Program-made: the position numbers and the translations under genes
Shown here: positions 9,545 through 19,326 of the stretch, piece after piece
Layout: every line of letters begins with the position of its first letter
How positions within the stretch are numbered: position 1 is the first letter of the stretch
Assembly (NCBI GenBank): GCA_041548445.1
Contig: JBFESM010000001.1
Span: 1-38,067, forward strand
Length of the DNA stretch: 38,067 bases
Source of the DNA: Methanothrix sp.
GTDB lineage: Archaea; Halobacteriota; Methanosarcinia; Methanotrichales; Methanotrichaceae
Reading direction: 5' to 3'
Notes under the pieces: model-generated
Told to the model about the DNA's origin: nothing
Databases searched by the model: none
Seen by the model: the letters and a program-made list of their open reading frames with translations, nothing else

Positions 9545-10245
9545 ATCTCAGCCCCCAGCTTGATTGCGGGTTTGTCTCTGCCGATCATGAAGACGTGATC
9601 GACCGTCGTCTCGAAATCCGATTTGCCAGAGATGATCACTCTGTTGGGCCGAGAACTCTTGACGATCTCGATCTCCTTGATCGTTCCGACCTCGCCAGAG
9701 TGGGATCCTCCTACGACCATTGCGAGGTTTCCCTCTTTGAACTCGATGACGTCTGCGATCTCCTTATCGGGTATCGAGAGTATGAGAGAGCTTCCTGTCC
9801 TGTAATCGCCCTCGGCGAGGATGTTCGTCCCGTCGTTGAGGTTAAGCTGCAACTTGCCGCCATTGAGGGCCGTCTTGTTCTCGATCCTGCAGAGCTTTCT
9901 CGCTTCGCCCTTCTCCAGCTCGTGGAGGTTGAACCTGCCCTTGGCGTCCTGAAGCAGCCTGTACGTCTTGTCCAGAGCTGGAACCGATATCACGTCAAAG
10001 ATCCCCACGGGGAATTTGATGTCCTTTCTAGCCGTTCCGTCGACCAATACCCCGCCCTCGTGAAGGACGCGCTTTGTCTCTCTGGAGCTGTCGACCAGCC
10101 CCAGAAGATCCCTGACCACGACGACGAGGGGGATGCTCCCCTTTGCAGAGTGGGGACCGGGTTTGCTCTTGGCCACCCACGTGTGGATCTTCCTTGCGAT
10201 CGGCCAGCTTCTGGGACTCGCAACCCTCTTCTGATGTCTGCTCAC
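9541..10245 (-). CDS. rps4e: 30S ribosomal protein eS4
   Basis: HQKRVASPRSWPIARK, PGPH, FPVGIFDVI; GTG start. Confidence 0.98.
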   Translation of the reverse strand: MSRHQKRVASPRSWPIARKIHTWVAKSKPGPHSAKGSIPLVVVVRDLLGLVDSSRETKRVLHEGGVLVDGTARKDIKFPVGIFDVISVPALDKTYRLLQDAKGRFNLHELEKGEARKLCRIENKTALNGGKLQLNLNDGTNILAEGDYRTGSSLILSIPDKEIADVIEFKEGNLAMVVGGSHSGEVGTIKEIEIVKSSRPNRVIISGKSDFETTVDHVFMIGRDKPAIKLGAEI

Positions 10246-10250
10246 CTAAA

Positions 10251-10610
10251 TCACCTGGAAAAGATCTTCTTGCGTTCTTCGTCGTCCAGCTCCATCTTGG
10301 TGATGATGACGTTGGAGGGCTGGACCGGCCTTGGCACCTCGGTTCCATCGGCCCGGAATACGCTCACTCCGGCCACGTGGATGGTGGCGCTCTTGAGGTC
10401 CACTTTCTGGACTTCGCCCTCGGTTCCCGCATGATCGCCGCGCATCACCTTGACGGTATCGCCCTGCCTCACCTGAGCGCTGCGAGTCTTCATCTCCTCG
10501 CGAAGCTCCTTGCTAAGGGCGGCGTGAATGTACTTTTGCCGTCGATGAAGGGGAGCGGAGAACCTCTCTTTTCGCTGTTTGCGTGGCTGTTTGCTCTTCA
10601 TGGTTATCAC
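10251..10610 (-). CDS. rpl24: 50S ribosomal protein uL24
   Basis: [25 protein letters not shown]. Confidence 0.97.
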   Translation of the reverse strand: MITMKSKQPRKQRKERFSAPLHRRQKYIHAALSKELREEMKTRSAQVRQGDTVKVMRGDHAGTEGEVQKVDLKSATIHVAGVSVFRADGTEVPRPVQPSNVIITKMELDDEERKKIFSR

Positions 10611-11005
10611 ACTATTATCGATGCAGCCGAGGCGATCTTTCCGTACCGCTCAGCCACTTCTCTGGCCACTGGCCCTTTTATCTCCGATCCCTTGGGAATT
10701 CCGGCAAGGTCGGTGATGACCGCCGCATTGTCTTCGAACTTGACCCTCAGGCCGTCGGGCCTTCGAAACTCCTTCTTCTGGCGGACGATCACCGCAGTCA
10801 TGATCTGCTTTCTCATCTCCGGGGTTCCCTTCTTTACGGATACCACGATCATGTCGCCGACTCCCGCACAGGGCATCCTGTTTTTAACGCCCCTGTACCT
10901 CTTCACTGATATGATCTCGAGCATCCTCGCGCCGGTGTTGTCGGCGCATTCCAGGCGCGCACCCGCATTGATCGGCCTTGATATACTGGCCTTGAGCCCC
11001 TTCAT
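10607..11005 (-). CDS. rpl14: 50S ribosomal protein uL14
   Basis: [25 protein letters not shown]. The real start is MKGLKA at 11005, overlapping the uS17 stop. Confidence 0.97.
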   Translation of the reverse strand: MKGLKASISRPINAGARLECADNTGARMLEIISVKRYRGVKNRMPCAGVGDMIVVSVKKGTPEMRKQIMTAVIVRQKKEFRRPDGLRVKFEDNAAVITDLAGIPKGSEIKGPVAREVAERYGKIASAASIIV

Positions 11006-11331
11006 CTCACGACCTCCACCACGACGAAGGACTTGGTCTTGCTGAGGGGTCTGCACTCGGCAACCTTGACCACGTCACCGACCTTCGCCTTCAGACAGGG
11101 CGGGTTGTGGGCGTGAAGCTTCGACCGCCTCTTCTCGTACCTATCGTACTTCGTAATCTTCCTTTCGAACTCGCGCAAGACCACCACAGTATCGGTCATC
11201 TTGTCGCTGACCACCGTTCCGTCAAAAACCTGACCGCGAACGGAAAGCGTTCCATGAAAGGGACAATTTGGATCGTCACAGGCCTTCTCAGGTGACTTGA
11301 CGCCCAGTCCAACATCCCTCATAATTTCCAC
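11002..11331 (-). CDS. rps17: 30S ribosomal protein uS17
   Basis: [19 protein letters not shown]. Confidence 0.97.
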   Translation of the reverse strand: MEIMRDVGLGVKSPEKACDDPNCPFHGTLSVRGQVFDGTVVSDKMTDTVVVLREFERKITKYDRYEKRRSKLHAHNPPCLKAKVGDVVKVAECRPLSKTKSFVVVEVVR

Positions 11332-11612
11332 CTCGATCTCCGTATTTTTTTGTTAATCCTGTTTTCGGGTTGTGAGACTAAAACTGAGCCCTCTGCCTTC
11401 ACCTTCAAACCCTGGGACAGGGTAAAAATGAAGCAGTTGCAGGACTTGGGAACGCATTTATCACCACTCCTGGTCTCGATCAGAAATGTGTTCCGGGTTT
11501 CATCAACGACCCGGCCGGATATTCCCGTCAGGGAGGGGTTCGTGCTTTCTACGACCTCCACAGGCAGGCCTATCAGCTCATGTCTGACGAGATTTTCAGG
11601 AGCGATCATCAC
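11319..11612 (-). CDS. rnp1: Ribonuclease P protein component 1 (Rpp29/Pop4)
   Basis: [19 protein letters not shown]; conserved position between uL29 and uS17. Confidence 0.95.
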   Translation of the reverse strand: MMIAPENLVRHELIGLPVEVVESTNPSLTGISGRVVDETRNTFLIETRSGDKCVPKSCNCFIFTLSQGLKVKAEGSVLVSQPENRINKKIRRSRWKL

Positions 11613-11812
11613 GCTGTCGCACGCTCCTTCTGTATGGTCTTGATCCTGGCTACGGACCTTTTTATCTCCTTTATCCTGCCAGGGTTCTCCGGGGCGCCGC
11701 CAGAGACGACGAGCCCCCTCTCCCGGATAAGCTCGCTTTGGAGCTTTTCAAGCTCCTCACCCAGCTCCTCGGGGCTCATATTCCTCAGTTCATCGACCCT
11801 GAATATCGCCAT
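11609..11812 (-). CDS. rpl29: 50S ribosomal protein uL29
   Basis: [23 protein letters not shown]. Confidence 0.97.
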   Translation of the reverse strand: MAIFRVDELRNMSPEELGEELEKLQSELIRERGLVVSGGAPENPGRIKEIKRSVARIKTIQKERATA

Positions 11813-11831
11813 GTCAAGTCACCCTCACGTC

Positions 11832-12884
11832 TCACACTTCACTCTTCGGCTCTTCCTCGGAGACTTCCTCAGAAGGAGCCTCTTCCTCGACGGCCGGCTC
11901 TTCAATGACCGCCTCTTCGGCAACCGTCTCTGCAGGAGTCTCCTCTTCAGTGACGATCGGCCCCTCAGAGACCGCTTCCTCGACGATCGGCCCCTCAGAG
12001 ACCGCTTCCTCGACGACTGGCTCCTCGGAGAGTTCTTCCTCGACGACTGGCTCCTCGGAGACTTCTTCCTCGACGACTGGCTCCTCGGAGACCGCTTCCT
12101 CGACAACCGTCTCTTCAATGATCGTCTCTTCGGCGACCGGCTCTACAGGAACCTCTTCCTCTGTGATCTCGACTTCCAGGTCCTCGACGACGATCTCCTC
12201 GACGTGCCCTTCGGTCTCGGATTCCAGAAGCTCTTCCAGCTCGTCTTTCTTCTCCTCAGCTGGAGCAAGTTCCTCGACCGCCTCCTTGGAGGGCGGAGCG
12301 ATCTGGAACCTGTCTGGTGGGATGGCGTCGGGAGGTACGATCCTCACCTGGCACCCGATGGTCCCCAGCTTCTTCACCGCCACGGCGTATCCGTGGTCCA
12401 CGATCTCCTGAGAGGGTTTGCCCGAATGCTTGACGTAACCGGAGAGGAACTTCTCTACTCTGGATCGTGGTCCCGTCAGCTTGCCGCTCAGGACTATCTC
12501 GCAGCCCAGGGCCCCACTCTCCATGACCCTCCGAAGGGTGGTCTGGCCTGCCTTTCTGAAGTACCAGCCTCGCTCAAGAGAGGTGGCCAGCCTGCTGGCC
12601 ACGACCTGGGCGTTCAGCTCGGCCTTGCCCACGTCCTGGACGTCGATCTGGGGGTTGTCCAGCCGGAAGTTTCGGTCCAGGTCTCGGGTGAGCTTTCTGA
12701 TCAGCTTTCCGCCCTTTCCGATGACCATTCCTGGCTTTTCGGCATATACGGTGATCTGGATCCCCATGGGGGTCCTGTTCATAATCATGCCGCCGTACCC
12801 GGCCCGACTGAGCTCCTTGGACAGAAACTCGTGGACCAGAGCTTTGGTAAATCCGTCCTCTACAAATTTCTTTTCTACGCCCAA
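11832..12884 (-). CDS. rps3: 30S ribosomal protein uS3 with long acidic repetitive C-terminal tail
   Basis: KH domain (PGMVIGKGG), [21 protein letters not shown]; Glu-rich tail; TTG start. Confidence 0.97.
   Translation of the reverse strand: MGVEKKFVEDGFTKALVHEFLSKELSRAGYGGMIMNRTPMGIQITVYAEKPGMVIGKGGKLIRKLTRDLDRNFRLDNPQIDVQDVGKAELNAQVVASRLATSLERGWYFRKAGQTTLRRVMESGALGCEIVLSGKLTGPRSRVEKFLSGYVKHSGKPSQEIVDHGYAVAVKKLGTIGCQVRIVPPDAIPPDRFQIAPPSKEAVEELAPAEEKKDELEELLESETEGHVEEIVVEDLEVEITEEEVPVEPVAEETIIEETVVEEAVSEEPVVEEEVSEEPVVEEELSEEPVVEEAVSEGPIVEEAVSEGPIVTEEETPAETVAEEAVIEEPAVEEEAPSEEVSEEEPKSEV
11952..12101 (-). repeat. Five tandem 30-nt repeats within rps3, encoding EE(A/E)(V/L)SE(E/G)P(V/I)V
   Basis: Units start at 11952, 11982, 12012, 12042 and 12072 (e.g. 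gacgactggctcctcggagaccgcttcctc), with degenerate copies on both sides. Confidence 0.9.
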
Positions 12885-12885
12885 G

Positions 12886-13350
12886 TTAGCTCACCTCAGT
12901 CAATATCATCTCTATCGATACAGTCTCCGTGTCCTTGGGGGTGGCTCTGCCCATGGCTCTTGGCATCCAGCCCCTCAGGGTTCTGCCCTGCTTGGTGGAG
13001 ACGTAGGTGATCTTCATCTCAACGGGGTCAAGCCCCTTGTACTCGGCGTTGCTGGTGGCGTTGATCAAAACGCTCAAAACGGCCTTGGCCGCCTTTTGGG
13101 GGTATCTGCCAGCGTCCCAGCCCACAAGGCCATGCCTGTGGGGTACCTTCCTGTTGTACCGCTTGAAGGGCACGGGCCTCTTCAGGGCGATCACATCTTC
13201 CAGGTACGCCCTCGCGGCCTCGGCCCGCATCCCCTTGATGAAATTGCAGATCTCCAGAGCGTGCTTGGGCGAGATGTGATGTTCTGTGCCCATCGCCCTG
13301 GATGATCGCTCCTTCTTTTCAGGGATGATGGAATATTTCAGTCGTCCCAA
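12886..13350 (-). CDS. rpl22: 50S ribosomal protein uL22
   Basis: [21 protein letters not shown]; TTG start. Confidence 0.97.
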   Translation of the reverse strand: MGRLKYSIIPEKKERSSRAMGTEHHISPKHALEICNFIKGMRAEAARAYLEDVIALKRPVPFKRYNRKVPHRHGLVGWDAGRYPQKAAKAVLSVLINATSNAEYKGLDPVEMKITYVSTKQGRTLRGWMPRAMGRATPKDTETVSIEMILTEVS

Positions 13351-13360
13351 AGTTCACACC

Positions 13361-13771
13361 TCACTTCAACGGCACGAACTTGCTCGATCGGGTGGCGCCC
13401 ACGCCGGCGCTGCCGTGAGAGACCCTTCCCCTGGTCAGAGAGTACTCGCCGAGGTAATGGCCGACCATCTCCGGTATGATCTCGACCCGGTTGAAGGTCT
13501 TGCCGTTGTAAATCTCGATCGTCTTTCCCACCATCTCGGGAAGGACTATCATGTCCCGAAGGTGAGTTCTCACCACGTCCCGGTCCTTGACCCTGGAGAG
13601 TAGCCTTCTGTGATCCTTGGTCAGGCCTCTCTTCAGCCTTCTTCGCTGCCTTGAGGGCAGAAGCTCCATCAGCTCGTCCATGTTGAGCTTCTTCAGCTCC
13701 TCGGCCTTGAGGCCGCGATAGGTGAACTCCTCTTTCCTCTTCGGAAGCCTTGATCCTGATTTCCTCGCCAA
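13361..13771 (-). CDS. rps19: 30S ribosomal protein uS19
   Basis: [34 protein letters not shown]; TTG start. Confidence 0.98.
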   Translation of the reverse strand: MARKSGSRLPKRKEEFTYRGLKAEELKKLNMDELMELLPSRQRRRLKRGLTKDHRRLLSRVKDRDVVRTHLRDMIVLPEMVGKTIEIYNGKTFNRVEIIPEMVGHYLGEYSLTRGRVSHGSAGVGATRSSKFVPLK

Positions 13772-13783
13772 AACAATCCCTCT

Positions 13784-14497
13784 TTAACGCTTTCCGGTCC
13801 TTCTGGCCGCAATGGACCCGACCTTACGACCGGGGGGTGCGTTCCTGCTGACGGTCTTGGGCCTTCCTGGATGCTGCCATCCACCGCCACCGAAGGGGTG
13901 GTCCACCACGTTCATGGCCACGCCTCTGACCCTGGGATACTTGCCAGCCTTGGACTTCATCTTGTGGTACTTCTTTCCGGCCTTTACGAAGGGCTTGTCG
14001 GTCCTGCCGCCGCCTGCGACGACGCCGATCGTTGCCATGCACTGGGGGTTGAGCCACTTCATCTCTCCACTGGGGAGCTGAACGACGGTCTTTCCCACGT
14101 CATGGGCTATTAGTATGCCGTAGACCCCGCTGGACCTTGCGAACTGGCCGCCGGACCTCGGGTTCGACTCGATGTTGCAGATGGGGATTCCCTCGGGGAT
14201 CTCCGCGAGATGCAGGGTGTTGCCCGGCTTGATCTCGGCGGATGCGCCGCAGGCTATCTCCTGGCCGACGTAGACGCCCTCTGGGACTAGGATGTATCTC
14301 TCCTCATCATTGTCGAGAACCACTCTCGCCACCGGGGCGTTCCGGGCCGGATCGTGGACTATGTCCTTTACGAGGCCTCTGACGGTCTCGTCGCCGTCCA
14401 CCTTCACGTGCTTGAGCTCCGCCCTGAACTTGTGGGAGGGCGCCCGGTAAGTCGGGGTTCCTCGACCTCGGTTCTGTTGTATAATTCTGTGCCCCAT
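13784..14497 (-). CDS. rpl2: 50S ribosomal protein uL2
   Basis: [24 protein letters not shown]. Confidence 0.98.
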   Translation of the reverse strand: MGHRIIQQNRGRGTPTYRAPSHKFRAELKHVKVDGDETVRGLVKDIVHDPARNAPVARVVLDNDEERYILVPEGVYVGQEIACGASAEIKPGNTLHLAEIPEGIPICNIESNPRSGGQFARSSGVYGILIAHDVGKTVVQLPSGEMKWLNPQCMATIGVVAGGGRTDKPFVKAGKKYHKMKSKAGKYPRVRGVAMNVVDHPFGGGGWQHPGRPKTVSRNAPPGRKVGSIAARRTGKR

Positions 14498-14506
14498 AAA
14501 CTCACC

Positions 14507-14755
14507 TCACAGCAGTCCGAGCGTTGTGGCCAGCTCGTTGGCGCTGCCGTCACCGGCCAGCTTCACGACCGCTTTCTTCTCGCCCTTGGAGGTGATCATC
14601 GTCCTTATCGAGATCACGTCGACGTCGTAGAGCTCTTCCAGTTCCTTCCTGATCTCTTTCTTGTTGGCCTTGATGTCCACCAAAAACTCCATGGTGTTGT
14701 CGGAGTCGATCATGTTGGTGACCTTCTCCGTAATGAACGGACTCTTAATGACCAT
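14507..14755 (-). CDS. rpl23: 50S ribosomal protein uL23
   Basis: PFITEK, KANKKEI, GEKKAVV; ATG at 14755. Confidence 0.95.
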   Translation of the reverse strand: MVIKSPFITEKVTNMIDSDNTMEFLVDIKANKKEIRKELEELYDVDVISIRTMITSKGEKKAVVKLAGDGSANELATTLGLL

Positions 14756-15506
14756 AGGTCTCACCCAGCCACTTCAAAGAGGATTCAGTCCAGACGGTAA
14801 GCCTTCCTGCTTGGGTTCCGGGAGCCAGAAGCTCGGCGTTCAGCATGTCCACCGTGGTTATGTCGACGCCCGGAAGGTTTCTGGAGGCTTTGATCAGCCC
14901 ACTGTCTTTGCCCGCCACTATCAGCAGGCTCTTTGGCTGCTTGTACTTTCTGCCTCGCATCTTGCCTCGGCCCGCGCGGACCGTTCTGCCGTTTTTGGCC
15001 CTCAAAACGTCTTCCCAAAGGCCGCAGGCTGCAAGGAACTTTCGAACCTCATTCGTCTTCTCGACGGCTTCGAGGTCGTCTTTTGCAACGCAGACCGATT
15101 CGCCTGAGAATACGTGGCCTCTCGCCCTGACGAGATCGGCGTTCGCGGTTGCAGCTATCGCTGAACGGATCGCCTTTCTGCGCTCCTTGGCGTTCACCTT
15201 CTCGGTTCTGTCTGCCTCCGGCTTTGGGGGGTGGGCTCTTCGGCCGCCCTTGGCCTGGGGGACCCTGGCAGCTCGCCTTCCGTTTATGATCCTTGGAACT
15301 CTTGAAACTCCGCGACCGGTTCCCCAGGTGAAGGCAGAGGTCTTGAGCCCCGAGAGTTTGCTGGGGCCGTAGGGCTGGAGCCTGTTGGCCTGGGCCGCAA
15401 GAACCGCCCTCTTTATGAGGTCCGGCCGAAACTCCTCGTCGAAGACCGACGGAAGCTCAACCTCTCCGACCTCATTTCCAGATAGATCGATAACCTTAGC
15501 CTTCAT
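14745..15506 (-). CDS. rpl4: 50S ribosomal protein uL4
   Basis: [37 protein letters not shown]. Confidence 0.97.
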   Translation of the reverse strand: MKAKVIDLSGNEVGEVELPSVFDEEFRPDLIKRAVLAAQANRLQPYGPSKLSGLKTSAFTWGTGRGVSRVPRIINGRRAARVPQAKGGRRAHPPKPEADRTEKVNAKERRKAIRSAIAATANADLVRARGHVFSGESVCVAKDDLEAVEKTNEVRKFLAACGLWEDVLRAKNGRTVRAGRGKMRGRKYKQPKSLLIVAGKDSGLIKASRNLPGVDITTVDMLNAELLAPGTQAGRLTVWTESSLKWLGETYGH

Positions 15507-16513
15507 CACAATCCCTGCTTCGAGTCTGTGCTGACGTAGAGGACCTGGGGCGTCTTAGCCACGGCGTCCTTTGATCTGACCGCGGTTCTTATCCTGACCA
15601 GCCTCTTGGAGGGGCCGGGAACGCTCCCGCTGATGACGGCGTATTCGCCTCTAACGACGCCGTATCCCGGGAACCCGCCCTCGGGCGTGATTTCGCCGCC
15701 GTCGGACCCGATGGCCAGAATTCTCTTATTGAACTCGGTTCTCTGGTGGTAGCCCATCTGGCCCATGAGGGGGACCGTCCACCTAACGTGGTGGGGGTTC
15801 CAGGGGCCGAGGTTGCCTATGTGGCGGCGCTTGCCGCCTCGGGAATGCTTCCTCTTCTGGAGCATTATGCCCCAGCGCTTTACGGGACCCTGAGTTCCCT
15901 TCCCCTTGGTGATGGCAGAAACGTCGATAATCGACCCGGTGCCGAAGACGCTGGATATAGGCACCGAGGATCCGAGAAGGCCACGGGCCAGCTCGAACTG
16001 GTCCTCGATGCTGCTGCCGTTTACCTGAATCTCCATAAGGTCGGGGTTCTTCTTGGGAACGCCCGTCAGAAGCTTGGGGTTTGTATAAGCGATCAAACGC
16101 AGCTCTTCCATCTTGTCTATCCGAGCCCCGATGTCATCGAGAGAGATGCCCCTCTTGTTCTTGGGGACGGTGATCGACCTTGCGAGGTAAGGGTCCAGCT
16201 TCTCTGACCAAGCCTCTCCCGCAGCCCTCACGCCGCCGTTGTACTTCTCGTAGACGCGAAGGGCGGCTATGTTCAGGGGCGGTGTCTCCAGAATGGTCAC
16301 CGGCACGCTGATCTCCATGCCCTCCGTGAGGCTGTTAGGCTTGTCGTCGATCATTATGAGATGGGTCATGCCGGCCTTGTACCCGGCAAAACCGTCCATT
16401 CTGGCCTTCTCCTCGCCAGCGGCCCAGTATCTCGTCCTGGGGACCTGGCTCTTAGCCCGTTTTCGGGGGCTGAAGGCCAGCGAACCTCGTCTTGGTCGGT
16501 GTATGGTTGCCAT
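15506..16513 (-). CDS. rpl3: 50S ribosomal protein uL3
   Basis: [38 protein letters not shown]. Confidence 0.98.
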   Translation of the reverse strand: MATIHRPRRGSLAFSPRKRAKSQVPRTRYWAAGEEKARMDGFAGYKAGMTHLIMIDDKPNSLTEGMEISVPVTILETPPLNIAALRVYEKYNGGVRAAGEAWSEKLDPYLARSITVPKNKRGISLDDIGARIDKMEELRLIAYTNPKLLTGVPKKNPDLMEIQVNGSSIEDQFELARGLLGSSVPISSVFGTGSIIDVSAITKGKGTQGPVKRWGIMLQKRKHSRGGKRRHIGNLGPWNPHHVRWTVPLMGQMGYHQRTEFNKRILAIGSDGGEITPEGGFPGYGVVRGEYAVISGSVPGPSKRLVRIRTAVRSKDAVAKTPQVLYVSTDSKQGL

Positions 16514-17353
16514 TTAGCCCTCCAGTGATCGCATCAGGTTGACCTGGGATAAGGTGGCCACTATCGCCTCTTCAAGCCTTACCGTCTCGGTTCCCTGATG
16601 CGGTATGGTGTTAATCACGCAACATCCTTCCATCGTTTCGCTGCTCAAGAACGCATCAACGCCGCGTGCGGGCGAGCCGAAGACCACCTCCAGACCTCGC
16701 TTTCGGCCTTGACGCGCCGTCTGCCTCAGGAGGTCTGGGGTCGCTGTCATACCTTGCCTGGAGGTGGCCACGACTAGCCTATCGCTAGAGCGGACGTGTT
16801 CGTCCAGGTTCGGGATGACCTCTGTTTCGTAGCCCCAGTAGTGAGGTATCTCCGATCGGTCTACCGGCTCCGCGGCGAGGGGTTTCAGCGAAAAGACTCT
16901 GACGTTCAGGCGCTGCCCCACTTCGTACCGCCTAGCGGTCTTGAGGGGCAATGGGCACTCAACACCTATGTCCACCCATGCGCCGTTGTCAGATCCCACT
17001 TCATCGACTACTAAACCTACTCTGAACTCGCCGACCTTGAGCGTTGAAACCTTTGAGCTTGTGGGATGATGAGCGGTGCGCAGCGGCGGCAGGATGCCGA
17101 CGTACCTCAGCGCTCTTTCCCGAGGGAAGAGCCGTTTTCGGAGATACTGGGGCGTCTCTGCGTACTGCAGGACCCGGGATATGAACCTTGAATCGTCGAA
17201 CTCCCGATCGCGGTAGATGACGATTCTGTCCACCCGAAATACCGCAGCAGCCCTTGCGATCGTGCCCACCTTGAGGGTGCGTATTCGCATATCCGCCGAC
17301 TCCATCGTTGTGGAGGACGGAATCAAGATGGTCGTCTCGCTGCCACCGATCAT
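16514..17353 (-). CDS. SPOUT-class RNA methyltransferase (DUF171 / MTH1 / SPOUT1 family)
   Basis: IARAAAVFRVDRI, ETPQYLRK, VVFGSP, NTIPHQGTETVRLEEA; conserved first gene of the archaeal rpl3 operon. Confidence 0.92.
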   Translation of the reverse strand: MIGGSETTILIPSSTTMESADMRIRTLKVGTIARAAAVFRVDRIVIYRDREFDDSRFISRVLQYAETPQYLRKRLFPRERALRYVGILPPLRTAHHPTSSKVSTLKVGEFRVGLVVDEVGSDNGAWVDIGVECPLPLKTARRYEVGQRLNVRVFSLKPLAAEPVDRSEIPHYWGYETEVIPNLDEHVRSSDRLVVATSRQGMTATPDLLRQTARQGRKRGLEVVFGSPARGVDAFLSSETMEGCCVINTIPHQGTETVRLEEAIVATLSQVNLMRSLEG

Positions 17354-17381
17354 CGGATCTTACCCCCAAGACCTATTCTTG

Positions 17382-17397
17382 ATATAAAAAGGTTTGG
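17382..17397 (-). promoter_or_regulatory. Putative BRE/TATA promoter of the ribosomal superoperon
   Basis: The - strand reads CCAAACC-TTTTTATAT about 30 nt upstream of the SPOUT start. Confidence 0.6.
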
Positions 17398-17408
17398 AGG
17401 AGAAAATG

Positions 17409-17468
17409 AGGCCGATTCGCAGGCCCGCTCAGAGGCCCGGTTCAAAGCCCGTCCAGAAGCCAATTTGA
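17409..17468 (+). repeat. Five degenerate 12-nt tandem repeats; possible 20-aa small ORF at 17406-17468
   Basis: aggccgattcgc / aggcccgctcag / aggcccggttca / aagcccgtccag / aagccaatttga. Confidence 0.5.
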
Positions 17469-17513
17469 GCGCCGGATCTCCCGGCCCATCTTCATCAGAT
17501 AACATAGAATTGC

Positions 17514-17629
17514 TGCCTCGTCCCCACCCCTACGCCCCCACCCCTATATTATGTCTCCCATCTCTCCCGGCGAGGCATAGGCGTGGCTGGAGGCATGAAC
17601 GGGGCTGAGGCGTAGGCAGGGCGGAGGCA
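17514..17629. repeat. Imperfect inverted repeat with arms of about 30 nt
   Basis: tgcctcgtccccacccctacgcccccacccc (17514-17544) versus the reverse complement of 17601-17629 (tgcctccgccctgcctacgcctcagcccc). Confidence 0.5.
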
Positions 17630-17661
17630 TGGCCCGGCAAAGGTATGGACCTGAGTCGAGG

Positions 17662-18222
17662 TCAAGGGACGGGTCTGAAGGTCCGGGGGTCGAGGGTGAG
17701 GGCCGTCTCGCAGTAGGAGCATATCGTGTCGAGGCCCGTGTCCGACAGAACTGCCCTGTCCACCATCTCCTGGGGCGGGAGGTACTGGGTCATCTCCTCG
17801 CCGCAGAAGGGGCACTTTATCTTCAGCCACTCGAGGACGGTGAGATCCCGTATAGTTTGTATCACCTCTCCGAGAGCATCGGAGTAGGTCTCGCGGGAGA
17901 ACGAGATCGGCTTGAGGTGACGTATCAGAACGGGCATCTCGGCCTCCACCTCCTGGAGCGGAATCACCAGCTGGTCGATCCCAGAGGCGAAGCCGATCTC
18001 CTGGTTGACCCGAGGAGAGACCACCCCGTCCAGGGTCAGAAGGGCGATGACGCAGTCGGAGTGGCGGATCCCAAACCTCACCCTATCGCCCGGCGCTACC
18101 CCTCGGGCGCGCTTGTAGATGGCAACGAAGCTCTCTAGGCCCACCCTCCAGAGGCCTTCCGCCAGCTCCCGAGCCAGGGGCTCGTCCTCCTCGCAGTGGG
18201 TTATGTAGACTTTTGTGATCAT
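17662..18222 (-). CDS. TIR-domain protein with C-terminal zinc ribbon
   Basis: KVYITH-D-LARELA start, SDCVIALLT strand, SPRVNQEIG helix carrying the TIR catalytic Glu, VIPL; C-terminal CPFC and CSYC. Confidence 0.8.
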   Translation of the reverse strand: MITKVYITHCEEDEPLARELAEGLWRVGLESFVAIYKRARGVAPGDRVRFGIRHSDCVIALLTLDGVVSPRVNQEIGFASGIDQLVIPLQEVEAEMPVLIRHLKPISFSRETYSDALGEVIQTIRDLTVLEWLKIKCPFCGEEMTQYLPPQEMVDRAVLSDTGLDTICSYCETALTLDPRTFRPVP

Positions 18223-18481
18223 GAGCTATGGACTCCAGAGGGGAGATGGTCGGCAGGGGTATTCACGGTTTCCGTTGGGGGAGGAGAAAGGAGAAAATGC
18301 GAGGGAATTTCGGCTTCAAATTCTGGCCGCTGAAATAGGTCAAATACCGGGATTTCGTGACCTGCCCCGGTTGGGGCGGCGCGCAAAGCTCTTCAGATCT
18401 GCCCCTCGCGCACTCCATTCCCTTTATTCGTGGTCGTTCATAGTCGAGAGCAGAACCGAAGATGGGTTTTGTGGTGGTGTG

Positions 18482-18495
18482 CAAAGACTTAAATA
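18482..18495 (+). promoter_or_regulatory. Putative BRE/TATA promoter for the TRAM gene
   Basis: CAAAGA-C-TTAAATA about 75 nt upstream of the start. Confidence 0.5.
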
Positions 18496-18568
18496 GTCGC
18501 AAACCTTTTTGACCTCCTGCGTTAAGCTGTTCTGTTTTATGGTTTTTCGCAAAAGGATGGTGCAAAGT

Positions 18569-18799
18569 TTGTACGGTAATAATAGAGGCTCTTTTGGTGC
18601 CAGCGGGTTTGGTCCCTCTGCGCCAGTCGAGACTGGAAAGGAATACGACGTTGAGATTGAGGACATATCAAAGCAGGGAGACGGCATCGCCAGAATTGAG
18701 GGCTTTGTCATCTTCGTTCCAGAGACCGGGGTTGGCGATAAGGCCACGATAATGGTCGACAAGGTTATGCAAAGGTTCGCAATAGCTCACAAGGTCTAA
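18569..18799 (+). CDS. Single TRAM-domain protein (archaeal cold-shock-like RNA chaperone)
   Basis: APVETGKEYDVEIEDISKQGDGIARIEGFVIFVP. TTG at 18569 after GGATGGTG; alternative ATG at 18557. Confidence 0.93.
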   Translation: MYGNNRGSFGASGFGPSAPVETGKEYDVEIEDISKQGDGIARIEGFVIFVPETGVGDKATIMVDKVMQRFAIAHKV

Positions 18800-18832
18800 G
18801 ATTATCATCTGCCTTAAGCGTCGTTGGTGGTC

Positions 18833-18866
18833 AGCGCAGCGATTTCGCTGCGCTCGACTGCTTTAC
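18833..18866 (+). terminator. GC-rich hairpin after the TRAM gene
   Basis: agcgcagcg-attt-cgctgcgct followed by a short T run. Confidence 0.5.
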
Positions 18867-19114
18867 TATGAGACAGTTTGTTGCTCTCGTCTTCGATCTG
18901 CTCAGTTTCTCGGGACGGGGATCTTCTGTTTGGCGATCTGCGCTATGCTGGTGGCAAGACGGAAGAAGTAAGAAGTAAGTGCAGAGTTCGGGGCGAATTT
19001 ATGGGCTCCGCAGGCTTTTGACTTTCTCGCTGTTTTTGTGTGGCGGCTATCGAGCTATGCAGTGACGAATGCGCACAAAAAGAATAAAATAATTAAAATT
19101 AAGGAGATATAGAT

Positions 19115-19282
19115 ATGGACACGACGACAAACCAAAAATCAACAGTGGAACAGAATCTGGACAGCACGCTCAAAGATGCAGCAGAAGGCTACGGAGATTT
19201 GGTGGCCATATCAGTGGTCCACAAGGTGAGCATGAGAGCTCTCCGATCCAGGTTGAAGGAATTGCAGATAGAGCGAGTATGA
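19115..19282 (+). CDS. Small hypothetical protein (55 aa), absent from the ORF track
   Basis: MDTTTNQKSTVEQNLDSTLKDAAEGYGDLVAISVVHKVSMRALRSRLKELQIERV*. AAGGAGA SD at 19101-19107 and an AT-rich upstream tract. Confidence 0.55.
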   Translation: MDTTTNQKSTVEQNLDSTLKDAAEGYGDLVAISVVHKVSMRALRSRLKELQIERV

Positions 19283-19326
19283 GAACGCCAAAGTGAAATA
19301 GAAATTGAGCGAAAAAGTGACTTGAT

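Noticed and set aside
11952-12101. 30-nt periodic repeats as a possible CRISPR array
   Set aside because: The units are contiguous with no spacers, are in frame within rps3, and there are no cas genes.
11580-13010. 476-aa + strand ORF and the Arg/Ser-rich 97-aa ORF at 11825-12118
   Set aside because: These are antisense and alternate-frame shadows of rps3 and its repeats.
18215-18762. ORFs 18215-18496, 18263-18565 and 18424-18762
   Set aside because: No recognisable motifs; they overlap the TIR/TRAM divergent promoter region or are antisense to the TRAM gene.
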